Assembly: GCA_963667805.1 (NCBI GenBank)
Contig: OY764016.1
Location: 4,458,998-4,522,997 of the forward strand
DNA from: Candidatus Poribacteria bacterium
GTDB lineage: Bacteria > Poribacteria > WGA-4E > WGA-3G
DNA: 64,000 bases
Direction of reading: 5' to 3'
The first letter of the stretch is position 1, and every line of letters begins with the position of its first letter. This document shows positions 1-9,004 of the stretch, in pieces. The notes under the pieces are model-generated. The model searched no databases, had not been told where the DNA came from, and worked only from the letters and a program-made list of their open reading frames with translations. The position numbers and the translations under genes were made by a program.

Positions 1-238
1 TGTGTTCACCCGTTGGCGACCAAACTGGAGAGATATCGTCTGCGCGATGCTTGGTGAGATTCACCTTCTCGCTACCGTCTGGATTCATAAGGTAAATATC
101 CCGTGTCTTCTGTGCACCGCTTGTTTTGGCAAAGACGATTTTTGCTGTATCTGGTGCCTTTGCGAAAACAGCAGACACTTTCAAACACAACAGAGATACA
201 CCGAGAAAATAAAAGAGAAACTGGACCTTATATTTCAT
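1..238 (-). CDS. TolB-like periplasmic beta-propeller protein, N-terminal part (gene runs off the window start)
   Basis: Reverse-complement ATG at 238..236. Translation MKYKVQFLFYFLGVSLLCLKVSAVFAKAPDTAKIVFAKTSGAQKTRDIYLMNPDGSEKVNLTKH...SPVWSPTGE parallels the N-terminus of the neighbouring TolB-like ORF (signal peptide, FAKAP, DIY.MNPDGS..LT.H...VWSPTGE). The + strand ORF 2..313 is the antisense shadow. Confidence 0.4.
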   Translation of the reverse strand, partial: MKYKVQFLFYFLGVSLLCLKVSAVFAKAPDTAKIVFAKTSGAQKTRDIYLMNPDGSEKVNLTKHRADDISPVWSPTGEH

Positions 239-366
239 GAGAAATACCTCCTTCAAAGCCAACGAGGTGCTAAATATAAAACAATGCTTTACAACATCCC
301 TTTTGAATATTAAAGACACAGTTTTTCTATTGAAGGGTGCCTTATAAGGTAGTTAAATCGAAAAGG

Positions 367-1386
367 TTATTCCTTTTTCATTTTTGCCCATATTGTAGTA
401 AGCAAGTGCGGTTGTGGTGAGACTGGCAACGCATACGCTGGATCAAACCAATCCCCCCCAGCATTCGCTTGGCGACGAGATAAACCGACAATATGCGTCA
501 GTTGTGTCTGGATGCCGTCATTCACGTTAACTTTGAAGACTTGGAACCGACCCTTAATTTCCTGTGTATAGAGAACTTCATCACCATTTGGCGATAACGC
601 TGGATACTGGGCATAGGGACCTGCTTCCTTTATAAGTTGTTTGAGACCGGAGCCGTCTCGATTGACGGTGTAGATCGTCTGCTTTGCCTTCCAAGCGTTG
701 TGCAGATCCGCATCCAAGATGGGGGGTAGCGGATGCTTGTTCCCAGTAAAGGCAAGTCTGTCTCCCGCAGCAGACCAAGAAGGATCGTATTGCCAAATCA
801 GTGCTTTCTTGGGTAGCGGTTTTTCCTGCGCTCGTGTCTGGACGTTGATAAATGTCAGTTGAGACGCGAATGGTTCGTCTACAGAGTAGGCAATTTCAGT
901 GCCATCGGGCGACCATGCGGGATCCCAGCCATACGCAATATATTCATCCTCTTGTTCCCCAAGGCGCGCAATCTGGATATCAGCATTAATACCCACCTGC
1001 CTGTTCACATAAGCGATGTGTTTGCCATCGGGCGACCATGTTGGATGGCTTCTATAAATTCTCGTTTTTCTCTTGAAGACGCGTCGAACGTTTTTTCCAT
1101 CTGGGTCCATCAGGTAAAGGTCTCGCTCCCCCCCGCGATCGGAGATAAAAAGAATCTTTTCGCCTGTAGGTGACCAGACGGCTTGCAGATCATTTCCAGG
1201 ATGTTGTGTGAGTCTCATCTGTTCGCTGCCATCTGGGTTCATGGTGTATATTTCTCTGTTTCCGTCGCGTGCAGAGGTGAACAGGATTTTCGGCGTGTTG
1301 GGTGCTTTTGCGAAAACTGAATAAACATTTGTATTCAGGACCAACACCTTAAGTAGGAAAAAGACTAACAATCTCATCGTTCCCAT
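367..1386 (-). CDS. TolB-like WD40/PD40 beta-propeller periplasmic protein
   Basis: Signal peptide MRLLVFFLLKVLVLNTNVYSVFA. Repeated WSPDG/PD40-like blades (AVWSPTGEKILF, PTWSPDGKHIAY, PAWSPDGTEIAY, ALSPNGDEVLY). Tandem paralogue of the truncated upstream gene. Confidence 0.75.
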   Translation of the reverse strand: MGTMRLLVFFLLKVLVLNTNVYSVFAKAPNTPKILFTSARDGNREIYTMNPDGSEQMRLTQHPGNDLQAVWSPTGEKILFISDRGGERDLYLMDPDGKNVRRVFKRKTRIYRSHPTWSPDGKHIAYVNRQVGINADIQIARLGEQEDEYIAYGWDPAWSPDGTEIAYSVDEPFASQLTFINVQTRAQEKPLPKKALIWQYDPSWSAAGDRLAFTGNKHPLPPILDADLHNAWKAKQTIYTVNRDGSGLKQLIKEAGPYAQYPALSPNGDEVLYTQEIKGRFQVFKVNVNDGIQTQLTHIVGLSRRQANAGGDWFDPAYALPVSPQPHLLTTIWAKMKKE

Positions 1387-1539
1387 AAAGTTTCTCTCCT
1401 AAGATCATCTTATAATTTGAACAATAAACGTAATACGTAAGACCTCTCATAAGTTAAAGACACAATTTTCGGATGAATGGGTGCATAATTTTGCAACATA
1501 GAAGAATCCACCTATTCATTAAATTGTGGATATTTGGCG

Positions 1540-1568
1540 TTGACCGCATCGACCCCATGTGATACAAT
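1540..1568 (+). promoter_or_regulatory. sigma70-like promoter candidate (TTGACC-17 nt-TACAAT) upstream of the AAA-ATPase gene
   Basis: -35 TTGACC at 1540-1545, 17-nt spacer, -10 TACAAT at 1563-1568. The SD AAGGAGAG precedes the ATG at 1602. Confidence 0.4.
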
Positions 1569-1601
1569 CAAGTACCAGGGGTTTAGCGAAAAGGAGAGAA
1601 A

Positions 1602-3230
1602 ATGAGACGTTTTGGAACACAAGGTCCCGTCAATCCTCAAGAGCACTACGTTGTGGCGCGGACCGAGGAGATCGCCGATTTCCTCAAACGCGTTGAAGAA
1701 GGTAAATATGTTGTCTTGTTTGCACCGCGCCAAACAGGCAAAACTACCTTCTTTCAGGCTGCGTTGGAAACGCTCGCGGTCGGTAACGCTGTTTCCTCTC
1801 AAGCTGAATCCGCTTCAAAGTTCACCTACTTCCCTATTCAACTGAATTTTGATGTGTACAAAAACACCGCTGTTGCTGATTTTTATGCCAACCTTTACCA
1901 AGATATATGCGAAGAAATTGAGAACTTGTTCCAACGACGCGGCGGAACACCGCCTGAGGCTTTAATCCAATTTTTAGCGGACACAAAACTAACCGACCAT
2001 CACGCAATGCGGCGGTTTTTTAGAAACCTCGCGCGTTTCCTAACGCCCCAGAAATTCGTCTTAATCATTGACGAGTTTGATGGCATCCCACCCGCTGCCC
2101 TGAGCGATTTTCTTCATACGCTCCGTCATATCTACATTGCTGGGAAGCCCCGGTGTCCGCACAGCGTCGGTATCATCGGGGTTAAAAGTATTGCGCAGCT
2201 CAACTATGACCGGTCTATCTCTCCGTTCAATATCCAAGATGAGTTTCAGCTACCCAACTTTACCCTTGAACAGGTGCAGGAACTGCTTGGGCAATATACT
2301 GAAGAGGTCGGACAACCTTTTGTTCCTGAAGTTATCGCAGCTATTCATAAACAGACTGCTGGGCAACCTGTGCTTGTCAACCGATTCGCACAGATTCTCA
2401 CAGAAGAATTGGAAGTTCCGAAAACCGAGCCGATTACTATGGCACACTTTTCAGAGGCACACACGGAGCTCCTTCATGGACAGAATACTAACATTGAGCA
2501 TCTAACCACTAATATCCGCAGAAACCCGCGCTTTGAAAGCGTTCTGATGCGCATTATGGCACGTGATGAAGGTGTGGACTTCAATATGGACGATGACATT
2601 ATCAGTGAACTCGCCATGTATGGGGTCATCAGGAGAGCTACTGATGGTATGTGTGAAATTCTCAACCCGATCTATCTATATCGTATCATGAGAACCTTTA
2701 AACCGACAGTGAATGGGTTGGAGCATGAGTACCTTTCCAGTGGGAGTAGTGAAGACTTTCTCAAGTATATTACGCCGACCGGACAGATTGATATGGCAGC
2801 GTTGCTTGACAACTTTCGAGATTTCATTGTCCGTGCAGGCTTCAAGATTCTGCAAGTGCCTGATACGCCACAAGAGTCCGTTGGAAGGCATCTCTTACTT
2901 GCATATCTCGACCAGTTTGTTAAACTTATCGGTGGTTTTATGCATATTGAAGTGCAAACCGGCAGGGGCAGGATGGACCTTATCATCACCCACAATCAGC
3001 GAAAGTATATCGTAGAAACAAAAATTTGGAGAGGCGACAATCGTTATCAGGCAGGCAAAAAGCAACTCGCAGCGTATCTCAGCTCTGAAGGTCTAACAGA
3101 AGGATACTACGTTGTCTTTGACCATCGACAGGACCCGGAACCGCAAGTAGAAACAGAAACGGTAGAGGGTTTAACGATTCGGAGTTACATCATTCCTGTG
3201 ATGCAAGAACCGCCTTCAAACGTTCCATAG
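1602..3230 (+). CDS. AAA-ATPase-like domain protein with C-terminal PD-(D/E)XK nuclease-like domain (PF09820+PF08011-type architecture)
   Basis: Walker A APRQTGKTT, Walker B LIIDEFD. C-terminal segment HIEVQTGRGRMDLIITHNQRKYIVETKIW matches the PD-(D/E)XK core (D..E.K) of the DUF1703-like nuclease module. Confidence 0.7.
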   Translation: MRRFGTQGPVNPQEHYVVARTEEIADFLKRVEEGKYVVLFAPRQTGKTTFFQAALETLAVGNAVSSQAESASKFTYFPIQLNFDVYKNTAVADFYANLYQDICEEIENLFQRRGGTPPEALIQFLADTKLTDHHAMRRFFRNLARFLTPQKFVLIIDEFDGIPPAALSDFLHTLRHIYIAGKPRCPHSVGIIGVKSIAQLNYDRSISPFNIQDEFQLPNFTLEQVQELLGQYTEEVGQPFVPEVIAAIHKQTAGQPVLVNRFAQILTEELEVPKTEPITMAHFSEAHTELLHGQNTNIEHLTTNIRRNPRFESVLMRIMARDEGVDFNMDDDIISELAMYGVIRRATDGMCEILNPIYLYRIMRTFKPTVNGLEHEYLSSGSSEDFLKYITPTGQIDMAALLDNFRDFIVRAGFKILQVPDTPQESVGRHLLLAYLDQFVKLIGGFMHIEVQTGRGRMDLIITHNQRKYIVETKIWRGDNRYQAGKKQLAAYLSSEGLTEGYYVVFDHRQDPEPQVETETVEGLTIRSYIIPVMQEPPSNVP

Positions 3231-3287
3231 AGGGGATAAACATTCACTCACCGAATTCTGTTGGCAGAAGTGTAGGGTCATTTTTCC

Positions 3288-3316
3288 TTGATTTAGCTGG
3301 AAATTACCGATATAAT
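3288..3316 (+). promoter_or_regulatory. sigma70-like promoter candidate (TTGATT-17 nt-TATAAT) for hicB-hicA
   Basis: TTGATT at 3288-3293, 17-nt spacer, TATAAT at 3311-3316. SD GGAGG precedes the ATG at 3347. Confidence 0.35.
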
Positions 3317-3346
3317 TGTTGGCAATTATCACAATGGAGGAAAAAG

Positions 3347-3559
3347 ATGCAACAGAACTACACTGCTGTCATCCAACAGAGCGACGGTTGGTGGATCGGA
3401 TGGGTGCAAGAAATCCCCGGTGTCAATTGCCAAGAACGGACCAGAGATGAACTCTTGGTTGCTTTAGAAATTACACTGCGCGAAACGATAGCTTACAATC
3501 GGAAAGAATCTCTCCAGGCAGCAGAAAGTCAACATGAGGAAGTAATCATCCAAATTTAG
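3347..3559 (+). CDS. hicB: HicB-family (UPF0150) type II antitoxin
   Basis: 70 aa. YTAVIQQSDGWWIGWVQEIPGVNCQERTRDELLVALEITL matches the HicB/UPF0150 core (YTAVIE..DG.Y.A.VPELPGC...G.T.EEAL.N..EA). Directly followed by a HicA-like ORF. Confidence 0.7.
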   Translation: MQQNYTAVIQQSDGWWIGWVQEIPGVNCQERTRDELLVALEITLRETIAYNRKESLQAAESQHEEVIIQI

Positions 3560-3596
3560 CTCGTGCTCCGGGAATCGGGCTATTTTGCTTACGTTT

Positions 3597-3788
3597 ATGA
3601 GACGAAGAGCACTCATTAAACATCTCAGAGAACACGGTTGCTATTTTCTTCGGGAAGGCGGTCGACACTCGCGGTGGGGGAATTCCGTGCAGGGTATCAA
3701 AACTTCAACTTCCGTGCCGAGACACAACGAGATTGCCGAGTCGCTTGTCGCGAAAATCTGCAAAGATTTAAAAATCCCAAAACCATAA
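3597..3788 (+). CDS. hicA: HicA-family (YcfA-like) mRNA-interferase toxin
   Basis: MRRRALIKHLREHGCYFLREGGRHSRW....VPRHNEIAESLVAKICKDLKIP is the HicA/YcfA signature (GSH..W ... VP.H.EI...L...I.K.LGI). The track ORF begins at an upstream TTG; the ATG at 3597 is the likelier start. Confidence 0.65.
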   Translation: MRRRALIKHLREHGCYFLREGGRHSRWGNSVQGIKTSTSVPRHNEIAESLVAKICKDLKIPKP

Positions 3789-3815
3789 CTCACGAAATAT
3801 CTCAAGACCGCTTTA

Positions 3816-4464
<649 letters not shown>

Positions 4465-5082
4465 GATAAATTTGCCTGAATATCTTCAAGTATTTCATCG
4501 CGCAGCGGATCCAGTCTACCTGCTTTTATATCCTCGTCAATTTGTCTGTCCCATGCCTCCGAACGGGCCTTTAGGATTTCATGAAGACTGTCTGCTAAAG
4601 CTTCCAAAAGGGCTTGTTGGGTAACGCCTTGACACGTCTTCACTTCAGGCACATCAGGAATCCGTCCACTCCATCCAGTAGATGTTCTTTTTACAGAAGC
4701 CGTATAAGTTTCCTCAAAACGAGGATCGTTCAGCTGGATGGGCCGCGGGTCTCTCTGTTGAACCTGTTGCCCTGGTACGCCTATAGCGAGGATATTCGCG
4801 ACAATGGCTCCCATATCTATTTTCCTCCCGGGACGGTGCCTCTAAACATATCTACATATCTTCTACAACTTGTCTACGATTCTCGTGTCTATGCACAACA
4901 GACAAACCCTCGAGCTCCTGTGGAGTTGTCAGGCATGCTGTATGTTAGTATACCACATTTTTAGATGCGATGCGAATTTATTCTTTATTTTCACTTTTTT
5001 GCAGAATTTTTAGGAATTATGCTATAGTATCGTAAATAAAAAAGTCTTTCAGGTCTACATCTTCCGCCCGCGCGTACCCACT

Positions 5083-5634
5083 ATGAGAAATTATAGCGTC
5101 AGAATGATTCGTGAAAATATGGAGAATATCCCGCAATTCCCGATTCCAGAGGGGTATGCCATCCGGAATTATCGCCGGAATGAGGGGCATATCTGGACAC
5201 GGATTCTCAAAGCAGGCGAACCCTACATGAAAATTGACGACGGGCTTTTTGATCGCGAGTTTAAACACCATCTCTCAGTGATGGAGGATAGAAGTTTTTA
5301 CCTAACAACGGACACAGGCGAGGAAATCGGCACAATCACGGCATGGTGGCAAAATATAAATAAAGAGGTGTGGGGACAGATCCATTGGGTCGTGATTCAT
5401 CCCGACTATCAAGGAAACGGGCTGTCCAAACCGATGATGACCGTGGCGATGGAGCGTCTGAAACAGTCCCATGAACGTTGTTTTCTCGGCACGTCAACCG
5501 GGCGTCCGGCAGCGATCAAAGTTTATCTTGACTTCGGCTTCATGCCCGACCTTTCACATGAGAATAGCAGAGAAGCTTGGACAGAGGTCGCATCCGTTTT
5601 GAAGCATCCCCTTTTGGGGGAGTTTATGAGTTGA
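5083..5634 (+). CDS. GNAT family N-acetyltransferase
   Basis: The acetyl-CoA binding motif HWVVIHPDYQGNGLSKPMM (Q/R-x-x-G-x-G/A) lies in a 183-aa protein. Confidence 0.75.
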   Translation: MRNYSVRMIRENMENIPQFPIPEGYAIRNYRRNEGHIWTRILKAGEPYMKIDDGLFDREFKHHLSVMEDRSFYLTTDTGEEIGTITAWWQNINKEVWGQIHWVVIHPDYQGNGLSKPMMTVAMERLKQSHERCFLGTSTGRPAAIKVYLDFGFMPDLSHENSREAWTEVASVLKHPLLGEFMS

Positions 5635-5667
5635 AACTTACTTGTAAAAAGTGAAGGAGGTTGAATT

Positions 5668-6876
5668 ATGAGCGGGACAGTTACCCCGACGCTCAGCGCG
5701 CAGCAGATCGCCGACTATCATGAGGACGGCTATGTAATTCTGCGGAATCTCTTATCGGCGAAGGAGGCAGATGAACTCCGGCGCGTCGTCCAGAAACAGG
5801 TAAAACGCGATGCCTATCCATCGACGCTCAAATATCCTGAGCCAGCGAAATATACAGTCAGTGGCAATCGTCTTGCCGACCCCGGACTCACCGCAATTGC
5901 CGAACATCCGGGGGTTGTCGGTGCCGTAGAATCCGCACTCGGTCAACCCGCGCACCTCACGGCGTATGTCGCGTATTTGCGGACACCCGGCGATAAAGGG
6001 GGTGGAGCGCACTGTGATTACAAACGCTGGCGACCTGTCGGGTCATCGATGAACTGGGTGTTCGCCATCATCCCACTGACCGATTTCGATACAGAATACG
6101 GTCCGTTTCTCGTGTCACCCAAATCACACAAGTTAACACAGGTGATTGATTCGGACGCACACATCTTAGATCTCGCGCGTCCTGATCCAGAGCAGTTGCC
6201 CGATTTCATTGATCCTGAACTCAAAGCAGGGGACTTACTTGTCGTCAACGAGCATGTGTGGCACGAAGCACCCCCCGGCACCACAACCGAAGATCGGTGC
6301 GGGATTTTCAATAAATATTGTGCGATTGACGCACCACCCGCCGCGGGATATTACCCTTACAATCCCACCGCTTTGGACGCATTGAGCGACGATGGGAAGC
6401 GTCTCATTCCTGTCTGTTTTGACAAGCCGATTACAACGACACGCCTGCTTATTGAGGATTCATCGAGCCAGGAATCGAAATTCCTGCTCCACCGCGATGT
6501 TGAAACAAATTCTTGGGCGTTGCCCGGCGGCGAAGGATGGGAAGAAGAGAAAGGTGTGGGTTGGGATGTCGGTGCGCGGATCGGTTCACTGCAAGATATC
6601 ACCCAAACCCAACTCGGTTTAGAGGTTCCTTGGATGTCCTATATTGAGGATGTTGAAGAGGGAGAGGGTATCTGTCGGATCTACGGTTTTTCTGATGAAA
6701 ACTTAGACATTGATGCACTTGCTAATAATGGTTGTGAATGGTTCACAAAATCTGAGTTAAAACAGCGGCTCGGCGAAAGTGATGCTATTTACGGTGCTGT
6801 TGATACATGGCAGCGATCGGATGTCATCCGGGGTAAAGGGAAGGCGTGTCGTCAAAGCCGACACCAGTTTGCGTAA
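5668..6876 (+). CDS. phytanoyl-CoA dioxygenase (PhyH) family protein with C-terminal NUDIX-like segment
   Basis: N-terminal YHEDGYVILRNLLS and HxD...H context are typical of PhyH-type 2OG-Fe(II) oxygenases. The C-terminal LLHRDVETNSWALPGGEGWEEEKG resembles a degenerate Nudix box. SD GAAGGAGG precedes the ATG. Confidence 0.6.
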   Translation: MSGTVTPTLSAQQIADYHEDGYVILRNLLSAKEADELRRVVQKQVKRDAYPSTLKYPEPAKYTVSGNRLADPGLTAIAEHPGVVGAVESALGQPAHLTAYVAYLRTPGDKGGGAHCDYKRWRPVGSSMNWVFAIIPLTDFDTEYGPFLVSPKSHKLTQVIDSDAHILDLARPDPEQLPDFIDPELKAGDLLVVNEHVWHEAPPGTTTEDRCGIFNKYCAIDAPPAAGYYPYNPTALDALSDDGKRLIPVCFDKPITTTRLLIEDSSSQESKFLLHRDVETNSWALPGGEGWEEEKGVGWDVGARIGSLQDITQTQLGLEVPWMSYIEDVEEGEGICRIYGFSDENLDIDALANNGCEWFTKSELKQRLGESDAIYGAVDTWQRSDVIRGKGKACRQSRHQFA

Positions 6877-6883
6877 ATTTCAT

Positions 6884-6978
6884 CAAACGGGTGTCCCCTC
6901 GCTGGCGAGGTTTCCTAACCTCGCCAAATTACCAAACGGGTGTCCCCTCGCTGGCGGGGTTTCCTAACCTCGCCAAAT
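6884..6978. repeat. two tandem copies of a 46-bp REP-like hairpin element (family A: GCTGGCGRGGTTTCCTAACCTCGCC)
   Basis: aaacgggtgtcccctcgctggcgaggtttcctaacctcgccaaat occurs twice back to back. The core GGCGAGG-TTTCCTAA-CCTCGCC is a perfect stem-loop. The same core recurs four times at 20085-20247. Confidence 0.75.
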
Positions 6979-7007
6979 CACATTTTTTCACAAGTTAGAA
7001 ACCTCGG

Positions 7008-7072
7008 AGGCTTTGAAGATTCTTTTAGGTCTAAACTCTTGTGGGAGGGCTTTGTAAGCCCGATTTTCTGTG
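7008..7072. repeat. approximately 65-bp composite REP-like element (family B core CTTGTGGGAGGGCTTTGTAAGCCCGATTTT)
   Basis: ggctttgaagattcttttaggtctaaactcttgtgggagggctttgtaagcccgattttct is near-identical (inverted) to the copies at 8785-8850 that flank the RAYT gene. It lies in the convergent intergenic space between two PhyH genes. Confidence 0.7.
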
Positions 7073-7074
7073 CC

Positions 7075-7977
7075 TTACGCTCCCATCTCAAGTCGCTTTT
7101 TCTGCTCTTCGAGCATCTTCTGCTGACGCTTGACGCGTTCTGGGACTAAACGTTCCCGCTGTGCCGTCGGTTTGAAATCCGATCTCTCTTTCCCTAATCC
7201 GTGCAGCACGGCTAATTCCACGGGTGAGAAATCGTCTGGATTTTCACGATTGAAATTCATCGGTTCCTTCAGGGAAACTGGCGGGTTCGTGATGAAACGG
7301 GCGCGTCCCGAAGGGTTCTGCGAAGCAGCGTGTAAGATAAACGGATGCAATAGCACAACGTCGCCTGCGTTCCCCGTGATTTCTACAAAGTCTTGGCATT
7401 TGTCAATGAGTTGCCCAAATCCGCCAGGCAACAATCCTTCTGGGTGTTCATACAACCGCTGTGCGACATGTTGGACTGAATCGCACGCCACAAACGTGCC
7501 ACCACTCTGGGGGTAGATATCCGACCAGACGACAATTGTGAGCAAACCCTGCTCCGGGCTATCTAAGAAATGACGGAAGAAATCGCCATCTTTGTGCCAC
7601 CCACCGACTTCTGGAGAAGGCGGTTGCCAGGGGGTGTCCGCGCCTAACCCAAAATTAATAATGAAACCGTCGCCCCATCCCGGTTTTGCGTCGCCCCAAA
7701 AATTGACAATCCTGTCTTCACCGCCAAGGAGATCACAGATGGCATCCCATGCCCTCGGTGCCACATCCTCGATCAAGACCCTATTCATAGAGGGCAGATG
7801 GACTCGGGGTTCTTCCCAAGTCGTCGGATCGTTTGGATCATAACCGAGTCGCTTAAAAGCGAAATCTTGCCATTCTTCTGCCAGTTCGCGCGGAAAGCAG
7901 TCTTTCAGAATAACATGTCCCTTCTCAGTGAAGTGGTTAATATCTTCTTGGGTAAGTGTTCTATAGGTTCTTGCCAT
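7075..7977 (-). CDS. PhyH-like 2OG-Fe(II) oxygenase family protein
   Basis: 300 aa. The N-terminal LTQEDINHFTEKGHVILKDCF resembles the PhyH N-terminal motif. The protein is a paralogue-like neighbour of the PhyH gene at 5668. Confidence 0.45.
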   Translation of the reverse strand: MARTYRTLTQEDINHFTEKGHVILKDCFPRELAEEWQDFAFKRLGYDPNDPTTWEEPRVHLPSMNRVLIEDVAPRAWDAICDLLGGEDRIVNFWGDAKPGWGDGFIINFGLGADTPWQPPSPEVGGWHKDGDFFRHFLDSPEQGLLTIVVWSDIYPQSGGTFVACDSVQHVAQRLYEHPEGLLPGGFGQLIDKCQDFVEITGNAGDVVLLHPFILHAASQNPSGRARFITNPPVSLKEPMNFNRENPDDFSPVELAVLHGLGKERSDFKPTAQRERLVPERVKRQQKMLEEQKKRLEMGA

Positions 7978-8088
7978 TTATAGGTTCCTTGTACTAAAGT
8001 TTGAACGGTTTTAGTTAAGATCAAAAGGAAGAGGCACAGGCTGACAGCCTATGCTACAAAGACAGGGTCATTCAATTGTCCGAAATCT

Positions 8089-8327
8089 CTCTTGTGGGAG
8101 AGGTTTTCAACCTCGATGACTCCATAGAAGATCGGGCTTACAAAGCCCTCCCACAAGAAGTCCATTTTTTCTGTAGGAAAGGTCTCAATCTTGAATCTTT
8201 GTGGGAGGGGTTTCTAACCTCGATACCTCCATCTCAACTTCTTGTGGGAGGGGTTTCCAACCCCGATACCTCCATCTCAACTTCTTGTGGGAGGGGTTTC
8301 CAACCCCGATACCTCCATCTCAAATTT
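8089..8327. repeat. REP array upstream of the RAYT gene: two inverted single copies plus three tandem 44-bp units
   Basis: ctcttgtgggagaggttttcaacctcgat occupies 8089-8117 and the inverted copy gggcttacaaagccctcccacaagaag occupies 8132-8158. Then cttcttgtgggaggggtttccaaccccgatacctccatctcaa is repeated three times across 8196-8327, with the last two units identical. Confidence 0.8.
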
Positions 8328-8789
8328 ACATCGCCAATATGGATAATCCCTTGCCACTTCAACAAGTCCCTTTCTGACAGGGTTCCCATAACAGTAGCGA
8401 ATCATTTCATTCAAAGCGGCCTCCCCTCGAATCCCGGTGTCGTGATACCCATCTTGCCAGAAGGTCCCTTCCTGTTTGAGCAATTTGTTAATCTGCCTTG
8501 CTGTAAAACGCTTGAGCGTATGCATAATGTCAGGTAAAGTATGCTGGGTGCGGAGTTGAATGATGGCGTGCAAATGGTCGGGCATAATCATGATACAGTA
8601 CCACCTGATACGCTCTTTGGTTTCAAGCCATTCAAAAGCATCAAAAATGATTTGGGCGATGCTGTCTTTTGTAAGAATCGGTGTGCGGTTGTGTGTGGTG
8701 GTAGTCAATAGATAGAAGGCTTCTGGCACTGAAGAGCGGCCTTTTCGCAATTGACGATAACCTTTCTTCTGACTATAATGCATTTTCAA
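8277..8789 (-). CDS. REP-associated tyrosine transposase (RAYT; IS200/IS605-like HUH-Y1 transposase)
   Basis: The HUH motif MPDHLHAIIQL and the catalytic-Tyr region GYHDTGIRGEAALNEMIRYCYGNP are present. It is flanked on both sides by REP copies in opposite orientation. The last 13 codons (VSGLETPPTRS) are read from inside a REP unit. Confidence 0.8.
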   Translation of the reverse strand: MKMHYSQKKGYRQLRKGRSSVPEAFYLLTTTTHNRTPILTKDSIAQIIFDAFEWLETKERIRWYCIMIMPDHLHAIIQLRTQHTLPDIMHTLKRFTARQINKLLKQEGTFWQDGYHDTGIRGEAALNEMIRYCYGNPVRKGLVEVARDYPYWRCKFEMEVSGLETPPTRS

Positions 8790-8898
8790 AGCCTTCAGAG
8801 AAAATCGGGCTTACAAAGCCCTCCCACAAGAGATTAGACCTAAAATAATCTTCAAAGCCTTCAGAGAAAATCGGGCTTACAAAGTCTTCCCACAAGAA
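8785..8898. repeat. two direct copies of the family-B REP composite on the other side of the RAYT gene
   Basis: cttcaaagccttcagagaaaatcgggcttacaaagccctcccacaagag occupies 8785-8832 and a second copy with two mismatches occupies 8852-8898, in opposite orientation to the 8089-8327 array. Confidence 0.75.
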
Positions 8899-9004
8899 AC
8901 TATTCTGATTTTTTAGGGGGTTTCTTTAAACAAAAACCCTAAAACTGAATGATCCTGCTGGCGACTTGGGTTATTATAACCTACAAGTATCCAGTTTCTT
9001 CACG

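Noticed and set aside
2-313. 103-aa + strand ORF at the window start
   Set aside because: It has no recognisable family. It lies exactly antisense to a reverse-strand ORF whose product is clearly TolB-like (signal peptide plus PD40 motifs), so it is treated as an antisense shadow.
5017-5271. 84-aa minus-strand ORF
   Set aside because: It is completely embedded antisense in the well-supported GNAT acetyltransferase gene and has no motif support.
8196-8327. Regular 44-bp tandem units that could be mistaken for a mini CRISPR array
   Set aside because: The units abut directly with no unique spacers and contain the dispersed REP core. They are a tandem REP array belonging to the adjacent RAYT, and there are no cas genes.
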